NCBI GenBank assembly: GCA_002269645.1
Contig: NIVC01001643.1
Coordinates: 62,001-126,000, forward strand
Source: Macrostomum lignano
Taxonomy: Eukaryota
Reading direction: 5' to 3'
DNA length: 64,000 bases
The position numbers and the translations under genes were made by a program. This document shows positions 56,518 through 64,000 of this stretch, one piece after another; the stretch's first letter is position 1, and each line of letters begins with the position of its first letter. The notes beneath the pieces are model-generated. The model was not told the DNA's origin. It ran no database searches and saw only the letters and a program-made list of their open reading frames with translations.

Positions 56518-56660
56518 GGGAGACAGATGAGGGAGACAGAGATAAGGTAGACAGAGATGGGGGAGACAGTGATGAGGGAGACAGTGATGAGGGAGACAGT
56601 GATGAGGGAGACAGAGATGAGGGAGACAGTGATGAGGGAGACGGACAGATGAGGGAGACA
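56518..56660. repeat. 15-bp repeat (GAGACAGTGATGAGG)
   Basis: Direct reading. Confidence 0.85.
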
Positions 56661-56732
56661 GACAAGAAATAGAGCAGCACAGTGCCGATATGTTGCGTAG
56701 TAAATAAAAGCAAGCCAATAAACAAGGCTAAC

Positions 56733-57131
56733 CTGTTTCTTCTCCGTAGTTGCCACCGCAGCCTTGTGCAGAGTGCAAGCCAGCCTCGATCTCATAGTAA
56801 AGTAACTTCGATTATTCAGCACCGACTGCAGATCTTGGCGGTAATTTTCAAACCGATGCGGAGTTAAAAATCCCAAACTGCCCAGATGGAAGGCTAGTAT
56901 TGGGGGCACGTCCGCCTTGAACAATGAGCTGGCGTATAGCAGGGTACCGTCGCCTCCAAGGCAGACAATGAGGTCGATCATCTTGTCTGTAAAGGCGGCT
57001 TCGCCGTATACAAAAGTTTTCAATTTCGACGCAATCAGGGCGAATTGTTTAGATAGCGCCGAGGCCTCTTCTTTGCAGAGCTCGCACTCAGAAACCGAGC
57101 TGCACTCGACAAATACCTCGAGTTGCAGGTC
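56733..57131 (-). CDS. NADK: NAD kinase exon 3
   Basis: IDLIVCLGGDGTLLYASSLF, PPILAFHLGSLGFLTP; phase 0/0 junctions. Confidence 0.95.
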
Positions 57132-57227
57132 CTGGGAACAAAGTATAGTTTATAGAGCCATCGGTTGTTGATGGTAGACGCAGGACGAGATCGTCAAATC
57201 CCAGAGAATCCCAATCACTAAGTCCTA

Positions 57228-57590
57228 GAAATCGGATCCCGAAATCCCAGGAATATCGATCCCGAAATCTAATGAGTAACGATTCACGAATTTCTGGAAT
57301 ATCGATCAATAAATCCGAAGAATATCGATCCTAGAATCCCAGGAATATCGATCCTAGAATCCCAGGAATATCGATCCTAGAATCTCAGGAATATCGATCC
57401 TAGAATCCCAGGAATATCGATCCTAGAATCTCAGGAATATCGATCCTAGAATCCCAGGAATATCGATCCTAGAATCCCAGGAATATTGATCCTAGAATCC
57501 CAGGAATATCGATCCTAGAATCCCAGGAATATCGATCCCGAAATCCCAGGAATATCGGCCCTGAAATCCTAGGAGTATCAATATAGAAAT
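57228..57590. repeat. 23-bp minisatellite (GAATATCGATCCTAGAATCCCAG)
   Basis: Direct reading. Confidence 0.9.
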
Positions 57591-58580
57591 CCCGGGAAAA
57601 ATGAACACAAAATCCCAGAGATCCCAACTCCCTAATCCAAGGGCTTCAGACATGCACACTTTCTGTCTCGGAAACTCCGACCAAAGGCAATAGTGCTGAA
57701 GCCCTAGTAATAATAGTAACCGTAAAAACTTTTTATAACATTCAAGTGTCTTTATAGTGATTTCTAATAAAACACAGTTTACGTGTAATAAAAAAACTAA
57801 ACTTCCTAAAGGCGCAAAAAAAGAAAATTGAAACCGATAGTCAAGAACTAGAAGCCTCAAATATCAAAGGGAGCGCCTATTTTTGACAATCTCTCTCGAA
57901 ACGAAAGCTTTGAGACACTACTGTAAAAAATTATGAGGTCACAACAATTTCTAGAGCTTCTTTTAGAAGCAGTAGAAGACTACGGTTATGTGCACCTTCC
58001 ACAAATAGATTATTAAAAAAGCTCGCTACAAAGTCTTGTCTCAATTATAACATTTTAGCTCGCTTGAAAGGCGCTCAAAAATAAAAGACAAAGAAAATAC
58101 GATTATTATTCATTTTTACTTTGTCTCTAAAAAATGACTTAATTTAATGTCAGTACGCCGCCTCTGTTGCAAGTGGCATTATTGTTAGGAGAGATAATCT
58201 CTCTTATCAATCTTGAGCATTCGATTGCAACCGCCTTTAGCGGACGTACAAACCGATTAATTTATAATTTTAATTGAGTGGCACAGGTCTTTTTGTTAGA
58301 TTAGAGGCAGGGGGGTTGTGTCCACCCTGGCGCACTTTAAGCGACATTGGCACACAACCGGCGAGAGGCATTACTGCCCATTCCGCCGACTCCCCTGAGC
58401 AGGCATACAAGCGCGCGGATACGTACGCAGGCACACACTCACACAGGAGTGTACAGCGGCCCTGACTTTATTTATCGTTAGGCATGTACACTTCTCTGTG
58501 CCTGGGGCCCTCAAATGGCGTTAATTGCACGAGCAGAGCCAAGCCGAGATTCCAATTTAGCCCCAAATTAATGTAACAGC

Positions 58581-58645
58581 AGTTGGAATCGAGCCTGGGC
58601 CGCTGGCACATCAGAGCGCCGCGTCAGACCACTGGGCTACGGTGT
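58581..58645 (-). mobile_element. tRNA-like SINE head of a second family (body probably continues to about 58270)
   Basis: Minus strand ACCGTAGCCCAGTGGTC...CCAGGCTCGATTCCAAC with A and B boxes but no acceptor-stem closure. Confidence 0.6.
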
Positions 58646-58651
58646 TGACTA

Positions 58652-58653
58652 GC

Positions 58654-58688
<35 letters not shown>

Positions 58689-58701
58689 TAGATACACAGG
58701 C

Positions 58702-58732
<31 letters not shown>

Positions 58733-58811
58733 TAGATACACAGGCAGACAGACAGACTGAAAGACAGACAGACAGACAGACAGACACACAGACAGACAGA
58801 CAGACAGACAC

Positions 58812-58853
<42 letters not shown>

Positions 58854-58877
58854 TGTCAGACAGACAGACAGACAGGC

Positions 58878-58936
<59 letters not shown>

Positions 58937-58993
58937 GGGACAGACAGATAGATACACAGGCAGACAGACAGACAGACAGATAGATACACAGGC

Positions 58994-59024
<31 letters not shown>

Positions 59025-59112
59025 TAGATACACAGGCAGACAGACAGACAGACTGAAAGACAGACAGACAGACAGACAGGCAGACAGACAGACAGACGGA
59101 CAGACAGACAGA
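58652..59112. repeat. (CAGA)n microsatellite
   Basis: Direct reading. Confidence 0.96.
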
Positions 59113-59153
59113 CGGTCACCCAGAACAAGCCCTGATCAAAGCGAGAGACTCAC

Positions 59154-59289
59154 GGTGACCAAGTGCAGCAGCAGCTCAATAAAAGACGTCAGGATAGTGG
59201 GATCCGGTTTCCTAACGACCAAAACTCGTTGAGGCAAATTCTCAGCCCATTTCAGCCTGTGATTGTCGAATTTGCTGTCTTTCAAACCC
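59154..59289 (-). CDS. NADK: NAD kinase exon 2
   Basis: tttcAG|G; RLKWAENLPQRVLVVRK; ACC|GTGAGT. Confidence 0.88.
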
Positions 59290-59799
59290 CTGAAATTGAT
59301 TAGAAATATATATATCAGACAGATAGTACTCAAACTAGGCTACTGTTAGTAACACAGGTAGTTTATGTAAAAAATCAAAATTAGCCCCGTTTAATAATTA
59401 AAAAAATACAAAAACTTAGGATTATTAAAAACGTACGTCATTATTTTGAATTGAAATAAAATCAGAATAAGCAGTGACAAAAAACACAACACACGAAAAC
59501 GAGCGTCATGCACTTTAAAAAACACCTTGTCGGTTTCTTCAATTCATTCTGATGAAAAATAAGTTCATGCAATAATGGAAGCTAATTAGGGAGGAATTAG
59601 GGAGCAAATGAGTCAGTTTAAGGGCCGGCTGAAACCTTCACATGGTTTAGAGCGGCCCTGACTTTCGTTAAATTGACACACCGTACACGCTGAGCTTTAG
59701 TGGTTGGCCAAGAGGCTCACTACTGACAGTAGTGTTTCAGCGCCAATGGGTAGATTTTTGGCGACAGGGGGGATTTGGGAGTTTTTAATTCCAACGAAG

Positions 59800-60110
59800 A
59801 ATTTAGCGTCAGAGGAAAGGTCAGCGCCAGAAGGGAATTAAGCGCTAGAAGGGAATTTAACGCTAGAAAGGATTTTTAAGCGCCAGTAGGGAATTCAGCG
59901 CCAGGGGGGACGGGGGAATTTAGTAGATTTTAGCGCCAGGGGAGAATTTAGCGCCAGGGAGAATTTAGTAGATTTTAGCGCCAGGGGAGAATTCAGTAGA
60001 TTTTAGCGCCAGGGAGAATTTAGCGCCAGAGAGAATTTTGGAGATTTTAGCGCCAGAGAGAATTGTGCCAGGGGATAATTTAGCGCCAGGGGGAGAATTT
60101 AGGGCACCAT
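59800..60110. repeat. About 18-bp degenerate repeat (GAATTTAGCGCCAGGGGA)
   Basis: Direct reading. Confidence 0.8.
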
Positions 60111-60227
60111 TATCTCCAGGAAACACAAACAAGAGTGCACAAAAAATAAAATCTGACCATAATGGTAATTTAAAATAGAATGCAAAACTAACAAAAGCAT
60201 AAAACATTGGGACAATTTTCCTCAAAC

Positions 60228-60496
60228 CTCTGAAAGACTGGCTTCCAATGCAGAGTCATGTTACTCCTGGGGTGCCCAGCCTGACGTTGAGTTAAATCGC
60301 CAGTCAAAGCAGCCCCATCATTGGCAGCTGCAGATGAGTCGGGCGCCGATGTTGGAAAAGAAAAGTCGCCACGTTCTACGTGGGACCAGGCTGGTTGCTG
60401 CTTCTGTTGCTGCTGCTGTTGTTGCAGAAACTGTGAAGTCTCATCAGCACTCAGCACTGCCGCTTTCGACACGTGAAAGCGACCGTTATTGGACAT
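60228..60496 (-). CDS. NADK: NAD kinase exon 1 (low-complexity polyQ N-terminus); spliced protein 469 aa
   Basis: ATG at 60496; AG|GTTTGA, phase 2, fits exon 2; total 1410 nt in frame. Confidence 0.75.
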
Positions 60497-61849
60497 TTTT
60501 CAAATATTGCTTACAATGTATTTACTCAAATTTCAACTTTACTACTGGGAATAATAAGTAATGTAGTTTGCATACAAAAACTATTTATGCACTATTTTTT
60601 TTAATTTTTAGTAGATCAACAAATTTCAGTGCAAAACTATTAGGAAATCAAACCATTAATTTTGACTTTTCTGGTCAGACTTGTTGCCTGAAAAGGAATG
60701 AAAATGTAAGACTGGTGGTAAGGAATTTTGCAACATAAGTTTTATTTTAGGCATCTTATAAGCTGTGAATTAGGTGCAAGTTAGAAATCTATTAAAAAAC
60801 TACAAAAAAGTTTAAGACTGCTAGAAAGTCCTAAAAAGAGAGAAAAAATTAATTATTGCTAGTGCCATTAAACTCAAAATTTCTCTAAATATGAAGCATA
60901 AGCAATAAGATGCATTGATTAATTCTAAATGCCAAAATACCATCAACCAGAGTGACTGATATAGAAGCCACAGCAAGTCAACTTACCTAAAAGGTCGCCT
61001 AGCAAATGAATGATGACTTCTAGTTTTTGATTGTTCCAGAGCTGCAAGATGCATTTGCTGCAAATAAATATTTTTTGTTTCTATATGAGAAGTTTTTATA
61101 ACTTAAGGTCAAATTCTTAACTATTCTATACAGCTATAATAAAGTTGAAATAAAACCTAATCTAGGGTCTCATATTATTCAACAAAATAATTCTAGCATT
61201 CTGAATTAAGACCCTAGACTAGATGCCATTTAACTTATATTATATATTTTTGTAATCATTTTACATGAAGTATTGATAATCTTATAATTACTGGGACTCT
61301 TGAGTCTTGATATGCTTTGAAAAATTTAAATAATCTATAAATAGTCTGCACACTTCTGCAACTGTTATGGGTCAACAAGGCATATATTAACCAGCAAAGT
61401 AGAAGATATTTGGCTTGGGCCTATATTAATGAAAAAATAAAACATGCATATAGATTGTCAAAGAATTTATAGGCATTTACATTATTTAAAAAAATTAAGA
61501 AATTTTAATCAATTCAAATTTTTGTACTATGAATAAATATATAATAATTTAATAAAACTATATATGCAACTTTGGTTCCACACAGTAAAACTGCATCAAA
61601 TACTGTGTTGATATCTGTTGCACATTTCAATGTGAAATTCAACTTGAAATTCAATTCAGGATTTCCCGCACTAAACTAGAGTTCTTAAGCCTATTCAATA
61701 TAGAATTCAATGCAGGACTCAATGCGAGATTTGCAAGTTTTTTTAATGTTGGGATAATGTCAAATGTGCTTTGGGTCAAGGCACTGAACTCTCATGGCTA
61801 CCTAGCGGAGAGGGCATGCTTAAGCAGCTAGAGCTGAGGCCATGAAGGA

Positions 61850-62845
61850 GTTGAAGCACTAATCAGACCAAGGCTACAGCAGACTGGCAGAGCTGTCGCT
61901 GCATCTCCCTGTCTGACTGGCTGCTTTGTGTCAATGTCTGCAGCTTCGAGTGGAATGCTTGCCTAGCTGTTCTGTGTGTACACACCTTCTGCCACGCAAG
62001 ATAATGAGGCTCAAGTCTTCTTCAAGCACTCTCGGAGCAGGTGGAGATGGCGTAGTGTCACACAGTGGTCATCCTCAAAAACCTGAATTCAATTTTGCTT
62101 AGGTCCAAGTGGTCACTGTTTGTGACACTGCACAAGAATGGCAATACTAAAGTGCTGGAGGACTTCCTGGAAAGGCATGACATAGTGTTGGCAAGCTCGC
62201 GAACTTGTAAGGCTGCAAGCAGAGACAGAGGAATGCACTCGGCCAGGATGCAACATGGAGCCAGGCACAGGTTGATCACGTGCTTGTGCATCTTTGTGAG
62301 CGCCACCGCGCCATCAACTGCTATACTATCATGCCGCTGGCTCTGCAGTCTGACCATTGGCTTTTTATCTGCAACCTGCATCTACACAATCTGCTTTACT
62401 GTCCGCCAAAGCGGCCTCTGCGGAGCTTCTATTGTGCACTCAAGGACACCCAGGCATGTTGCCATTTTGTCAGCACTTTTGTCAGCATGCCTTGCAACAA
62501 GTGCAGGTGTGTTAAGTATATGGAGGTAAGTGCTGCAGTTAGAGTAAGCAGTCCCAATGATGCAATTGGCCTAACAAAGGCAGCTAGTCTGGCAGGATAA
62601 CCTTGCAATGCAAGCAAGGGTAAAGCAGGAGAGGCTCCATCTTAGCAGGTGGCCAAACCACAAGGCAGAGGCTCTGGCAGCTGTCTACCTGCAGCGGCAA
62701 TAGGCCACTATTGATGATACTATCCAATCCACCGATGCTGGAACTAACACCAAAGGGTGCGGGGCCTGGTTGCCATCAACACTCTGACAGGTGGAAGCTG
62801 CGCATCCCACTCAAACTGGCTGGCAACAACTCTAGATGAGCATTT
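61850..62845 (+). mobile_element. Degenerate non-LTR retrotransposon (RTE-like) AP-endonuclease and linker
   Basis: VYTPSA...VVILKNLNS (GDFNA position), EDFLERHDIVLA, DHVLV...QSDH; frameshifts and stops. Confidence 0.7.
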
Positions 62846-62899
62846 TAGAACAGGCATGGCTGGAGATTCAACCTTCATGCTGCCCTACTAGCCGACCCA

Positions 62900-64000
62900 G
62901 GGGTACATATCCTGCTAGGTCCACATGGACAGACTGGGAAATGGTGCCAGTCACCTTTCTAGAGCAAATTGGCATTTGGCTTTAGTTGTTAAGGGTACAG
63001 ATTTATCCTGGTATATTTACCTGTGCGTAACCACCTTCACCTCCCTTGTGGACTACTGCTCTAACTGTAGATTTGAGCTGCTAGTGGCGGGGCGATGTCA
63101 ATATCCCAACACTCACTGGGGCAGTAAAATTTCAATAGCAGAGGCCAAGGAACTCCTTGCTTACCACTGCACCACCAATACTGAGTTTTTTTAGCATTGG
63201 TATATAATAGCCCATGCGAACTCCACTGGTTACAGTTAGAACTTTACAAGAAAGCTTGAGCAATTGCAAGTCAGTGCACGCATATATATATATTTAATGG
63301 GTATAATGTAGATTAGTATAGGATATACGTATACGCAAGGATGAGCAATCAATGAGGTGCACACTTAAGAAATAACCAATGTGCCCATGCAACCCTACAC
63401 CCAAGCAACACCAAGAACACCCAAGATCAGTCCAGTGGCACTTTGGTTGTGGAACCCCTATCTTTGACAATGGGCAATAGATAGAGGCCCATGACACAAC
63501 CCTTGTCTCCCACAGTTTGGCTCTTCTAGTCAAGGACTAGGGGTGTAAGACAAAGAGGAGTCTCTGTCTGACCATCACTTTGTTCATTTTTTGTTGCAAT
63601 CCTCTTGCTTCAAGCCTAGCATCCTATGGAAAAGGAACATCTGGAACTCTGACTGGACGGCTTTCACTGAAACCCTGAAATGCCAAATAGATCAGCTGAC
63701 CACTGGCGTTCCTACCACCTAGCTGTCACGAAATGGATGACTTTGCAGACTTTCTCAGCACGACTGTTTTGATAGCCCATGAAGCCTCCAATCAAGGCCT
63801 AAAAAAGCAATAAATCCACTCTTGGTGGCACCTAGCACTTAGATCCCTCTGGCACAAGGCAAAGTGCCTTCAATGGAAAACTTGCAAGAGCAAGGACCCT
63901 GCTTATCAGTATGCAATTTGTGACTTTAGGTGTGAAACCAGGAAAGCCAAGTCTGACACATGGCACCAATACTGCGTGGAGTTTGAAGGCAGGTCTACCC
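62900..64000 (+). mobile_element. Degenerate R1/LOA-like LINE ORF2 (endonuclease to linker), runs off the window
   Basis: LLVAGD.N..HWGS...KELL, GTPIFDNG, ESLSDHHF, DWTAFTETL, WW....LR, RKAKSDTWHQYC across frameshifts. Confidence 0.7.

Overview
Eukaryotic animal DNA rich in introns and tandem repeats. Repeat load, GC-rich exons and gene content suggest a free-living flatworm such as Macrostomum, but this is inference and not shown by the sequence. Five spliced genes can be reconstructed by hand: (1) a 5-HT1-type serotonin receptor (+, exons 1627-1923, 7340-7448, 13947-14887) whose terminal exon plus about 1.1 kb of 3' flank occurs three times in tandem between arrays of a 42-bp satellite, with a recombinant middle copy; (2) a C2orf73/CIMIP6-like putative ciliary gene (-), head-to-head with (3) SPATA17 (+) around a shared X-box-like motif; (4) a divergent FMRFamide-receptor-like peptide GPCR (-); (5) NAD kinase (-). 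Mobile DNA includes a 2.27-kb non-autonomous TIR element with an 8-bp TSD that carries a degenerate piece of the 28S rRNA R2/I-PpoI target region, a mariner deletion derivative, a foldback element, tRNA-derived SINEs and two CpG-eroded LINE relics. Most long ORFs in the track are translated micro- or minisatellites. All coordinates, alignments and counts were done by eye.
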